A stretch of 63,910 nt of DNA, filler included, from Folioceros fuciformis (lineage: Eukaryota), in assembly GCA_049999805.1 (NCBI GenBank). It is 5 parts of 5 records of this genome, joined end to end, with 100 filler letters (N's around TTAATTAATTAA, not from the genome) between each part and the next. Parts side by side here need not be neighbours in the genome. Positions count along the whole stretch, not along the records: positions 23,172 to 37,480 come from JBNGIO010004112.1; positions 37,581 to 47,524 come from JBNGIO010004114.1; positions 47,625 to 60,435 come from JBNGIO010004115.1; 2 more parts are not named here. One strand, given 5' to 3'. Within the stretch, counting starts at the first letter, position 1, and every line of letters starts with the position of its first letter. The notes beneath the pieces were generated by a model. It ran no database searches and had not been told where the DNA came from. It was given only the letters and a program-made list of their open reading frames with translations. The translations under genes were made by a program, and so were the position numbers. Below are positions 37,051-47,694 of the stretch, piece after piece.

Positions 37051-39998
37051 CATTGGCAAGGTGTAGAGCAGTTTACATGTGAATGCTTCCTCCTCCCTAG
37101 AGATCTCTAGTGATGCATGTGTTTGCTACACTACATTTTTCCCGTTTTTGTCTAAGCTCTAACTTTAAAAATCATGGTGTGTCACACCAACCCAGAAAAA
37201 GAGATGATTGTGTCCCCATCCATCCACAAACTTCTACACATGAACTGGAATTGTGTCAAGCATGATTGTGTGTTACATAAACGGTGGAGATGTGTCAAAG
37301 ATGACTGTGTGTTATTGGATAGGTGCATGCAAATAGTAATTAATTAATAATTTACTTATCCTAATAAGTATGATTAGTGGTAATTAATAAAATATGTAGT
37401 TAGAATAATTAAAGAATAAAATTTAATGTGAAGTCAACAAAATAGATACAATTGTGGTTGAGCATTCAACAATATATGAGNNNNNNNNNNNNNNNNNNNN
37501 NNNNNNNNNNNNNNNNNNNNNNNNTTAATTAATTAANNNNNNNNNNNNNNNNNNNNNNNNNNNNNNNNNNNNNNNNNNNNTAATTAGCACAAAGAAAAAT
37601 AGGAAAAATGACCAGAAAATCAAGGAAAATTAGGAAAAATAAGTTGAAAAAGAAAACCAAACCATACCACTATTAACCCTTTTTCAACCAAAACAAACTA
37701 CTACCCCAAACTTTGGAGGTTCACACATAGGAGAGAGTTTTGGCCTGTAGAGAAGAAAACAAGTAGTGGAGAAGGTGTGGAAGAATAAAGGAGGAGTAGA
37801 GGTGAAGGTGAAGGTCGTTGTAGTATATAAAGTTGTAAGGCACCGAGAGTGCTCAGGGCTTGGTAAGGAGCCTGAGGATGTGTTTCCTTAAATCCGCCCT
37901 AATTGGTTCGTGTTTTTGACGTGGTGCTGGCAAGATCTGAGGGAGGGGGTTCAAGGATCACTAGAGGAGCCACATGGCAAAGGAGGAGAGGAGGAAGCAA
38001 GGAGGAGAGAAGAAAGAGAGGTCTCACACTCTCACACAATCTCAATTGCAAGGGAGCTCAAGAGGGTATTTATACCCTGTAGAAGAGCTCCCAAGGAAGC
38101 TTCACAAGCAGCGCACAGGAAGTTGCGCAAGAAGCTTCCTACAGATTAGCTTCAGCTATTATAAACAAATGATACTTAACTAGACACTAATCTTAGACTA
38201 AACACAAGAATACCAAGAATATGCTCCTCAAGAAGTGGCAAGATGCTCCTAGACGCCCAAAGGACGAGATCGTCTTCACAAAGCCATGTTGGAAGAAATT
38301 TGCTTTTGGGGTGGATGTGGGTGTATAGATGTAGTCACTTAGGACTAAGTGGCCACTTGAATTGATCATGCTTATAAGGATTACGTATAGGAAATCCTCT
38401 CCAAGGTTTTGTGCTACAGATTACACCCATCTGGGAGCATAGATCTACCCAAAAAATGTGGATCAACCTAAAATATGTGGCCTTGGTGTCTAATTGTTCA
38501 CACGTCACCGTGAGCAACGATCATTCCTATGATTCCTAGCCATTTGATGTGATGGGTGCACAACTTAATGTAGTAATCTAGGCGTGGAGAATAAGAATTT
38601 GGAGGGAGAGGTTGTATGCCTCTCCCAAAATAGGGAAGCCTCATGAAACATTGTCATGATACTTCATATATGGCTTTAGCTCTAATGCAAGACATGCCCA
38701 TGAGATATGAAGCATGATAGCCCGTATTCCATTAGAACTCCATGGTTGAGTTGGTGACTTGCAAAGGTTCCATTTTTTGTTTTTTGTTGTGTTTTTGGAA
38801 TTAAGAACATCCAGCTCTTATTTACTAATAACTCCATGGTTAAGCACACTTGGGTTGGATCAAAACCTGAATGGGTGACCTACAAAGGTGTTTTTTGGAA
38901 TTCAAAATATCCAAATATGAACTAGAGATGCATAGAGAAGGTTTGCATATCCAATTAAAGCTATTTGATAATAGTTTATATTAGAGGCAATATTCTACTA
39001 AGCATGTTGTTGGCAACAACAATCGTATGATTAGTTTGATCAAGGGATTTGTTGTTATGGAAGCCATGGTTCTACATGACCTTGATACCAAATTAGAATT
39101 GCTAATGTAGAGATAGATGCACCAAAGATGATCTATTAACAATTGAATAGGTGGGTACATTGGTAGGCCTTAAATAGCAGTTATTGAAGGAGTGTGTTCT
39201 TTACCTAGCTTGTCATTTAACTAACTGCAATTATATCTAAGTCTGGTTAGACTAACCAAAGTGATACACAACGATATGGTCTGCCTTATATTCTAACTTG
39301 TTCGAGGACGCATTGCTCACCAGTTGTGAATGGTTGACCACGCATGGAGGGAGGGAACAAGCTCCAAGCTTTAGTGTCTTTTGGCAAAAGCCCCTAGAGA
39401 AGGGAGGAGAGAGGCTCCAACACATCAAATGGCAGGATGCAATGTATGGAAACAACAATGACAGGAAATAGAGGGGAGTACATGGGTCCCGCAGGGAGGA
39501 GTGCAGAGTCCAAGGACACCAGGGCAAGGCAACTCTTACAAGGGCAAGGCAACTCTTACAAGGGAAATTGGTGAGACAACGACGGAATGATAGGAGTCTC
39601 TAGGAAAACCTTTTTATAGCCTATGGTCCCATTTTGGGGCTGGATTTTCCTATTTCAAAATTATTTTCGCCGTCCAGGTGAATCAAAACTCGCCCATTCT
39701 TTTGAGAGGAAGTCCCTTGTGGTCCCGCTTTGGTATGCCATATTGGCCACTTCTTGGTGTCTTATTAGGAAAATAGTGCCACTCCTATTCCAACTGGAGG
39801 GTTTTCCTTCCTCGCGCAAAAGGGGGTCTGTCAAGCGTAAACGATGAAGCAAAGATGGGGCCGCGGGGATTTTCCTCTTCTAATAACAATGTTATCCCGA
39901 AGAAAATGGCCCCGACGACGTTGTGAGATTAAACCAAAACCCGACGTTGTTTATATCCATTTTCCTCCGCAGAACAGTGTGCTTGTATTCAGCAAAGT

Positions 39999-42203
39999 AT
40001 GGTGCCCCTGAGACTTGCTGCACCGCACTCAGCAATCTCGGATGCGCGTATAGTGGGGATAGAGGAACGAGGGGCGTGGAGGTCAGATACTCGTGTGTCA
40101 GGCTCAGCCAAGCCTAAGTACGCTTTTGGCAGTTTGGCTCTATGCAAGGAAGAGCTTGTTGCCAAAGAGCGGCAGGAGGTTCTATGGCAACATTTCTTCT
40201 CGCATCCATGGCAGTGGTGGGACAACAGGGCGGATAAGAGGAGCGGGCGTCATCCCGATTTCAGGCACAAAACTTCAAAGGAGCCCCTGTGGCTGGACAA
40301 CTGTCACAGGCCAGGTTGGGTGGACTGGCAGCTAGCGAGGTGGGATGCTACCGCTGCATACCCGTACCCACAAGAGTCCATGCTCCAGAGCTTGAGCAGA
40401 AGTTGTAGGGACGGGAAGCTGATGGACGCTGTCCAATCCCTGGATCTGTTGGTGCAGCGCGCATGCCCTATCAGTTGTTATCTCTTCTACCGTGTGCTGA
40501 AGCTCTGCATTGAACAGAGGGATTTAGCTCTTGGCAGGCGTGTGCATGCTCTTGCCCAGAAGAGCGGATACGGGTCAAATGCCTTCTTGGCCAATCACAT
40601 CATCGCCATGTATTGTTCTCACGGCCTATTGGAGGACGCAGCCGAGGTCTTCACCACCGTAATAGCTCCGAACGCGCACATGTGGGCCACCATTATGTTT
40701 GGGTATGTCCGCCACGGCGAGCCCGTGGCTGCTATCAGGCTTTACCAGTGGATGCGGAATTCAAGCGTGAAGCCAGACAATCGTGTATTTGTAGCAGTCC
40801 TCAAGGCTTGCGCTGCAGCAACCGATTTAACTGCAGGCGAGGAAGTGCATGCTGATATTGTGGCCTGTGACTTACGGGTTGATATCTTCATCGGCAGCAG
40901 CCTGGTGAACATGTATGCAAAATGCGGGAGCGTGGAGGCTGCTCGTTCTGTTTTCGATGGTCTGGACAGACGAGATGCAGTGACGTGGAACGCCATGATG
41001 GTGGGATATGTGCAGCAGGGGCTTGGTCGAGAAGCTTTGGCCCTGTATGGGATTATGCAACAGGAGCCCATCCCTCCTGAAGACCGTGTTACATTTGTGT
41101 GCCTCCTTCAAGCATGTGCCAGCATGGGAGCACTGCAGCAAGGGACGCAAGTACATGCCCAGATTCGGAAAAGGGGCTTGGAAGCAGATTTGTCGATTGG
41201 CAGCGGTTTGGTGGACATGTACGCCAAGTGCGGCAGGTTGAAGGATGCTCGCAAAGTTTTTGATGGGCTGCCCTTTCCCGCGAAAACTGTTGTGACATGG
41301 ACTGCGCTGCTCAACGGCTACGCTGAACATGGGGTTGGTGAAATGGCAGTTCAGTGCTTTGAAGAGATGCGGAAGCAAGGTGTGGAGCCGGATGGAGGCA
41401 GTTTTGTAAGTGTTCTGGTGGCCTGCAGTCATGCAGGCCTAGTGCAGGAGGGCCTCCAATATTTCAGGATGATGGTAGAGGAGTACGGCATTGTGGCACT
41501 TGACTACCACCATAATTGCATGATCGATCTTCTTGGGCGGGCAGGTTGGCTGGATGAGGCCGAAGGTATACTTCAGACTGCGGCATTCGACAGTTACGTT
41601 GTGGGGTTGAAGGCTTTGCTGAGTGCGTGCAAAAACCACGGTGACGCGGAGCGCGGGAAACGATGTTTTGAGCGTCTGGTAGCCCTTGACCCTCAGAATG
41701 CACCTGCCTACGTGCTCTTGGGTGGCCTTTACGCCAGTGCGGGAAGGTGGGAAGATGCGGAGGAGATAGAGAGGCTGAGAAAGAGAGCAGGTGCATGGAA
41801 GAAACCTGCGAAGGCTTGCATTGAAGTGAGGCAGCAGGTGCACGAGTTCACCGTAGGGGAACACAGAGAGGAGATTTCGTCTAAGCTTAGGAGCATGAGC
41901 ACGAGGTTGAAGGAGGAGGGGGGTCACTTGCCACAAACAGATCTTGTGCTTTGGCCCGTGTCTGAGCAGGCGAAGGAGGATGCACTGTGTGGGCATGCGG
42001 AGAAACTTGCCCTGGCCTATGGTCTTCTCAACACGCCCTATGGCACACCTTTGGTGGTCACAAAAAATCTTCGTATGTGCAATGACTGCCACAGCAGTAC
42101 GAAGATCATGTCCCGTCTTGAGCAGCGGGAGATTATAGTCCGGGATGTCAACCGAGTGCACACTTTTATGGATGGCAATTGCTCATGTCGTGATCGGCAC
42201 TGA
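39999..42203 (+). CDS. PLS-class PPR protein with E domains and a DYW:KP (DRH-type) deaminase-like domain; N-terminal OSB-type PDF motif; intronless
   Basis: P-L-S repeats (LVNMYAKCGS, VTWNAMM.GY, TFVCLLQACA), E region, KKPAKACIEV, HAEKLA, KNLRMCNDCH, C-terminal CSCRDRH. Confidence 0.95.
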   Translation: MVPLRLAAPHSAISDARIVGIEERGAWRSDTRVSGSAKPKYAFGSLALCKEELVAKERQEVLWQHFFSHPWQWWDNRADKRSGRHPDFRHKTSKEPLWLDNCHRPGWVDWQLARWDATAAYPYPQESMLQSLSRSCRDGKLMDAVQSLDLLVQRACPISCYLFYRVLKLCIEQRDLALGRRVHALAQKSGYGSNAFLANHIIAMYCSHGLLEDAAEVFTTVIAPNAHMWATIMFGYVRHGEPVAAIRLYQWMRNSSVKPDNRVFVAVLKACAAATDLTAGEEVHADIVACDLRVDIFIGSSLVNMYAKCGSVEAARSVFDGLDRRDAVTWNAMMVGYVQQGLGREALALYGIMQQEPIPPEDRVTFVCLLQACASMGALQQGTQVHAQIRKRGLEADLSIGSGLVDMYAKCGRLKDARKVFDGLPFPAKTVVTWTALLNGYAEHGVGEMAVQCFEEMRKQGVEPDGGSFVSVLVACSHAGLVQEGLQYFRMMVEEYGIVALDYHHNCMIDLLGRAGWLDEAEGILQTAAFDSYVVGLKALLSACKNHGDAERGKRCFERLVALDPQNAPAYVLLGGLYASAGRWEDAEEIERLRKRAGAWKKPAKACIEVRQQVHEFTVGEHREEISSKLRSMSTRLKEEGGHLPQTDLVLWPVSEQAKEDALCGHAEKLALAYGLLNTPYGTPLVVTKNLRMCNDCHSSTKIMSRLEQREIIVRDVNRVHTFMDGNCSCRDRH

Positions 42204-42774
42204 CGCAGACAGCTAAAGTTAATCACCATTATGTGTCACACTTAGTTAAGCGAAGTGGAAGCGGCCGGGAAACACCTGGGGGTGTTCTGGGTACTGCGTG
42301 CGTGCGGTAGGTGAACGAAAATGGTCTGCAATCCAGGACTACCTGCAGCTGTAGGGCACATCTCGCGGGGGACTCCCCACCCGATGCAGGTATACTTATA
42401 CAGTGCAGCGAAAGAAGCTTACTCCCGTATATGGATGTGCACCATGGCGTCTTCTGTATGGCACAGTGTCCATGCCTGTGCAGCGAAGCCGCTCTTTGGC
42501 GCAGGCAGACGTGGTAGCAGCAACAGCAGCATTGCCCGTTGTTCCTTCCTGAACTTTCCATGCCGAAGGCTGGCCGGTGCCCGAGCGCCTAGAATATCGC
42601 CACAGCCTTTGGCCACTCATGATGATCTACGTGTTCAGGTGAAAGGGGGGCGTGTTCTCAGCCCGTCGATACCCCAGCTCTTCTTCCACCGATATCACGC
42701 TTCTCGTCCTCACCACATTTCTTTGCTAAGTGCAGGTAATTCACGCCCTGCCGTCTCATTTCACGGACTCTCAG

Positions 42775-43513
42775 ACGGAAGCGTTGGATTTGGACATTGG
42801 TGTGGAGACGGTATGTTGGTTAAAACCCCTTTGGTCGTTCCGCATGTATCTGCCGCAAAACTGAGGTCATCTTACAGGACCCCGGTGGGAAGCAGATCTT
42901 TCAGGTTATCGCTTCTGGCGCGGACGCCGTATTCGACCATCTCCCTGTCACCACCCCCACCATCCTAGTAGGGCTGGTTTCGACCTATTATCTGGTTAAT
43001 CTCATTCTACGAAGTATTTTCTGCAACTATTTTATGGTGGCCCCTTCTGTCCACCTAGGCGAGATTACAGCCGAAGGGCTCCGAGCCTACGATGGGACTG
43101 ATTCCTCGAAGCCTTTACTTGTGGCCATCAAGGGCCACATATATGACGTGTCCCACTCGCGGTATGAGCCCCTCCCTTTCTCGCCTTTCTTCCATCAATG
43201 ACATGAAGTGCAGGGGTGAAAGCCTGCCATTGCTCACAACTTGGATGGATTTGCATTCAGGATCCTCTATGGCCCTCGAGGTCCCTATTCCCTGTTTGCG
43301 GGCAGCGAAGCCAGTCGGGCTCTGGCCAAACACTCTTTCGAACAGCACGACCTCACTGATGATCTTCAAGGGCTCACGCCTGACGAGATGGATACCTTGT
43401 CCGACTGGGAGTTAAAGTTCCGCAATAAGTATCCGAGAGTCGGCTTCATCGCGGGTTCCATGGCAGCATTCAGCATGGAAGGAGACGGCGTGCCGGGAGG
43501 CATGGACGGATAG
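42775..43513 (+). CDS. Membrane steroid-binding protein (MAPR/MSBP, cytochrome b5-like); exons 42878-43160 and 43261-43513, probable 36-nt exon 42775-42810; start unresolved
   Basis: TM segment ILVGLVSTYYLVNLIL, then LGEITAEGLRAYDGTD..KPLLVAIKG.IYDVS.SR..YGP.GPY.LFAG..ASRALAK.SF..W..KF..KYP.VG. Confidence 0.85.
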
Positions 43514-44390
43514 TTTAGTACAATGGGCGGTTTGAACGATGTACATAATTTTGAATCGTTATGTAGGGCGGACAGTTTTTATTGATTTCAGTAACAGACT
43601 TGTCCACCCGAAGTGCACAAGTACGTTTTTAGGTCATGAGTGTCCTCAAGGGTTGCGCAACGCTAGTAGCCCACGTAAATTGCTGCATTCACAATGTAGC
43701 AATCGTCGCTGCTGTCACCCATGGTTGCAAGAGCAACGCCGCTAGAGCAGATGAGACCACCGTCCACAACCTCCACATCCAGAACCTCTCCACTGCCAAG
43801 ATCCAGCGCATCGATCAAAACTTGCTCGCGCTTAGCTGAAATGCACGGTAAACTAGAACGGAACTCAGCTTACTACGGGAAAATCGATTTCACTTTCTGG
43901 ATGTCCAAGGAACGAATGGTGGACTGCGGCACGCCGAGCTTTACTTTCAGTTTCATCTGCTGATAGCTCACGCCCGGCAGTGCTCCTGAGAACAAAGAGG
44001 TCCGGAGGAGTCATGGCTAGCAGCATGAGGACAAACTGGGACCGTGTGATTCAACAACTCACATACCCGTACGAAACGCAGGGATGGAGTTGGAGCTGAT
44101 GGCATTCTTGCAAGCACGCATAGCTGCCGCTGTAATGTCTTGCCTGCCAAAACAATGTACTCTTCGTCGTGAACAAGGCGCTCCGTTTCCACCCCAAGCG
44201 GAGACTCCAAACTTTCTTACCCATGCTGATCGTATCCCGTGCCCATCTCTACAAACAGCAGCTTGAACGGGCAGTAGGGTGCACGAACTGATGTTTCCGG
44301 AGACGGGCAACTTGCTTCAGCCATACGATCCAGCCGCCGATGTTCCAAGTCGAGGTGAGCACAGGAGTGTTATAGCTACCCACTTAGCAC

Positions 44391-45527
44391 GGCTGAAGCT
44401 AAAGATAGCGTGGCCAGCCGCGGGGCCCGCCACCTGATGGCATGGTGAGCCATAACCCTCCCGCTCTCCATCTCTCCTCTCTCCTATACCTACGGAGTTC
44501 TCCCTTGAATACATACGGCCAGTAGTATACCGACTTCGTCTCGCGAAACCGGGTTTGAGTTTTGAACGAAACCGGATCGTTTCGGTGAGGCACTCGAATC
44601 AACCCTAAACCCGGTTCTGGATGGCTTGAACACATTTATGCCAAAAACTGAAAGTTGCTTCGCTGGTTGAAGTCAACTGCTGACAGTGCGGTCTGATGTC
44701 TGCCGAAATGCCCGCAGATCGCGTTGGTGGTGTAGGGTGTGCCGCCTGGTTTGTTTGCTGTCACTGCTCTGGATTGGAAATGTAGCAAATACAAACATAG
44801 CTCTACGTCAAGTGTGGAGAAGGAAATGCGGACAACTTTCATCCCGTGGATGCGTGTACCAAATTCCATTACCAATGGGAGAGCTGTCCCAAGCCCCCAC
44901 AAGCTATTCTGTGGTGAGCAGTAAGAAGAACGCAATTGTTGTTGGGGGACCTTTATTTCCTAAGCTCGATACGGCTTGCAAACTCACGAGGTATGACTCA
45001 CTCAATCTTGGTGAGGCACTTCAGCTGATGCCTTGTGTCTCACAATGTATGTTCTTCTATAGGTTATGGTGTGCTTATGGACCTTCAGACTTACGTACTG
45101 TCGTGTTCAAGAGGTCTGTGAAAGAGAACATGTTCTCCCCAATTCGCCAAACATCTTCCCACACGGACTCCAGAAATTACAGCAACCATACCTTAGCACG
45201 ACCATCGTTTTTCCCTCGCCCTCGCCTCTTGGGAGAGTAGGAAACCTCGTCAACCTCGTCCTGATTCTCATCCTCCTGCTCATCATCCGTCTTGAACATT
45301 TTCGCTAAGGCAGGCTCAAAACCGTTGAGGCAGGCTCAAAACTCAACCACTGAGGCATCTCAAAACTCAAACCCGATTTTGCGAGACGAAGTCGATACAC
45401 GACTGGCCGTATGTATTCAAGGGAGAACTCTGTAGGTATAGGAGAGATGGAGAGTCGAAGGGGCATGGCTCACCATGCCATGGAGTGGTGGGCCCCGTGG
45501 CTGGCCAGGTTATCTTTAGCTTCAGCC
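44391..45527. mobile_element. Non-autonomous Mutator-like element (MULE), 1137 bp
   Basis: Imperfect TIRs of about 170 bp (GGCTGAAGCTAAAGATA... / ...TATCTTTAGCTTCAGCC); perfect 9-bp TSD ACTTAGCAC at 44382-44390 and 45528-45536. Confidence 0.93.
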
Positions 45528-46029
45528 ACTTAGCACACCCTCGTGATACTGGAAATGATGCAGGAAACGGGGCTCCCCAGTGACTGAAGTGTCAGGAGTG
45601 GGAGTGGCGGCGAGGAGCGGGAGGTTAACGGGGGCTGCAAGGCCGTGCAGGCCNNNNNNNNNNNNNNNNNNNNNNNNNNNNNNNNNNNNNNNNNNNNNNN
45701 NNNNNNNNNNNNNNNNNNNNNNNNNNNNNNNNNNNNNNNNNNNNNNNNNNNNNCCCCCCCCCCCCCCCCCCCGCGGCTAGCAAGCGCTCGGCAGCCTTGT
45801 AGGGCATGTTCAGGCGTGGTAGCGGGCCTAGGTTGGGGGCTAGGTTTGGTAGACCTTGGGGCTTTGTCGTATTTCAATCTGCAGCCTTCTGGTCCATGTG
45901 GAGTTGGGTTTGGTGGATTTTTCATCTTTTTGTTATTTTTTTTATGTTATGGTTTCTTTTGAGATTTGAAATTTCTGATTGGCTTGGAAATTTTCGGAGA
46001 GCTTTGGTTCCATAGTATTTCTTCGTTTT

Positions 46030-46440
46030 GATATTCAGGGCTTGAAGCCGGAATTATGCAAGTAGGTTGGAGCTGGCAAGGTGTTTACTATTGGTCTCTC
46101 TTTGGCATTCTATTTTGTTCACGTATAGCACCTTATTCTTCTACTCTAGCCAAAGATACTTGTGGTGGCAAAACCCCGGGCACTGTTTGCCAACGGGTTC
46201 AACCTTTAGCGGCCACACTTATCCCATTGTCATTGAGACATTGGGTTTCGTTCCCACGAAGGAGCGATGGGGTTCCTAGCTGCTCTAGATGGAGGGTCGG
46301 ACTTAATCGTTTTGATGACGGATTCGAGGGCTCCCCTCCAGCTCTGATCAGGCGTGGGACAATCCTTGCTATCCAGCGGTCAATTGCACGTCTCTTGGTG
46401 CCCACAAACTCACTCCAGTCACTACAACGACCCTAACCTC
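46030..46440 (+). mobile_element. Fragment of a restriction-like-endonuclease (RLE) non-LTR retrotransposon
   Basis: Frameshifted motifs GHTYPIVIETLG and ILAIQRSIA resemble the RLE C-terminal consensus F.P...ET.G ... S.A.QRG.A. Confidence 0.5.
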
Positions 46441-47694
46441 TCAAATTTGCGACTTCCCTCACTCACTTCACTCACTCACTCACTCCAGCACCAACATCCA
46501 GCAACCAACAACGACACCTCTACCTTCTACGCTTTCCTATTGACTCCCCCTACCCGGCAAGAGTCACTAGACTAACCCCAAAGAAAAGCATACCGCCACC
46601 CACGATCCTACCAGACACCATGCAAGCATGGTCGGCACTCACTCCAGCCCTACGAGGAAACGAAAATGACAGATCATGGGGACTCGACACGGAGAGCACG
46701 ATCAAGAATTAAAAGGGACCCCACCCTTAACCCTGGCCACCACTTCTCAAAGCTTTACCAGACGCTGCACACATGCATAGCCGGCACACACACTGCTGTA
46801 TCCAAGTAGGGACAGCTTGAGAGAGCTCGCAAAGTGACAACCTGCCTCCTACAAGCTCACCTGATCTTATAGGAGCCTCTCTCTCTCTGACTTCACCTCT
46901 CTCTATCTTGACAAATATTATTTTAATAGGACCACTAGCCTAGCCAGCTGTCACCAGCCACTTATTTAGACTTTCCTAGCACATCCTTCCACCAATGAGC
47001 TAGCCCTACAACCTACTGACCCTACCACCACAAGTATCTACCACCTCTTAAACTACCCTAAGATTTTGAAGGATGCCTAATCTTCAAAGTTCTTGTGGAC
47101 GCCGCCTCTTCCTTGCTGGATGGCCGCCCGCAAAGCCTTCCCCTGCAACTTTTCCCCCTTGGTGGCTAAGCCTGCCTGCACGGGAGGAGTATGCGTAGTG
47201 GGAGAAGATAGGGAAGAGGTGGGAAGAAGTGGGATTAGCAACCAGAACCGGGCTTGAAGTTGGCAGCTTATTCAGCAGAATCGCCTTCTAGCCGAAATGG
47301 TTCCTCGACCATGGAAAGCTAACCCCGGGGTGTTGGGACAAGCCCCGGATTGGGAGGAGACAAAAGCAAGTGAAACAGAGTTGAGGTGGAATTTCTGGAA
47401 TTAAATCCAGAAAAATAGGGGTGAAATAGAAAAAAAAGAAATTAGAAAAATAGAAAGAAAATAAATACAGGGATACATATATTGCATATGTATCAATACG
47501 TATAAATATGTATCAAAACCATATNNNNNNNNNNNNNNNNNNNNNNNNNNNNNNNNNNNNNNNNNNNNTTAATTAATTAANNNNNNNNNNNNNNNNNNNN
47601 NNNNNNNNNNNNNNNNNNNNNNNNCGTTTTGTGTGTCACCTGACATGTGACGGTTACAACCGTATTTAGGTAACCGTCTAGTTCGCTAATTAAC

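Noticed and set aside
37581-39550. LTR-like AT-rich sequence upstream of the PPR gene
   Set aside because: No paired termini, PBS/PPT or coding motifs could be pinned down.
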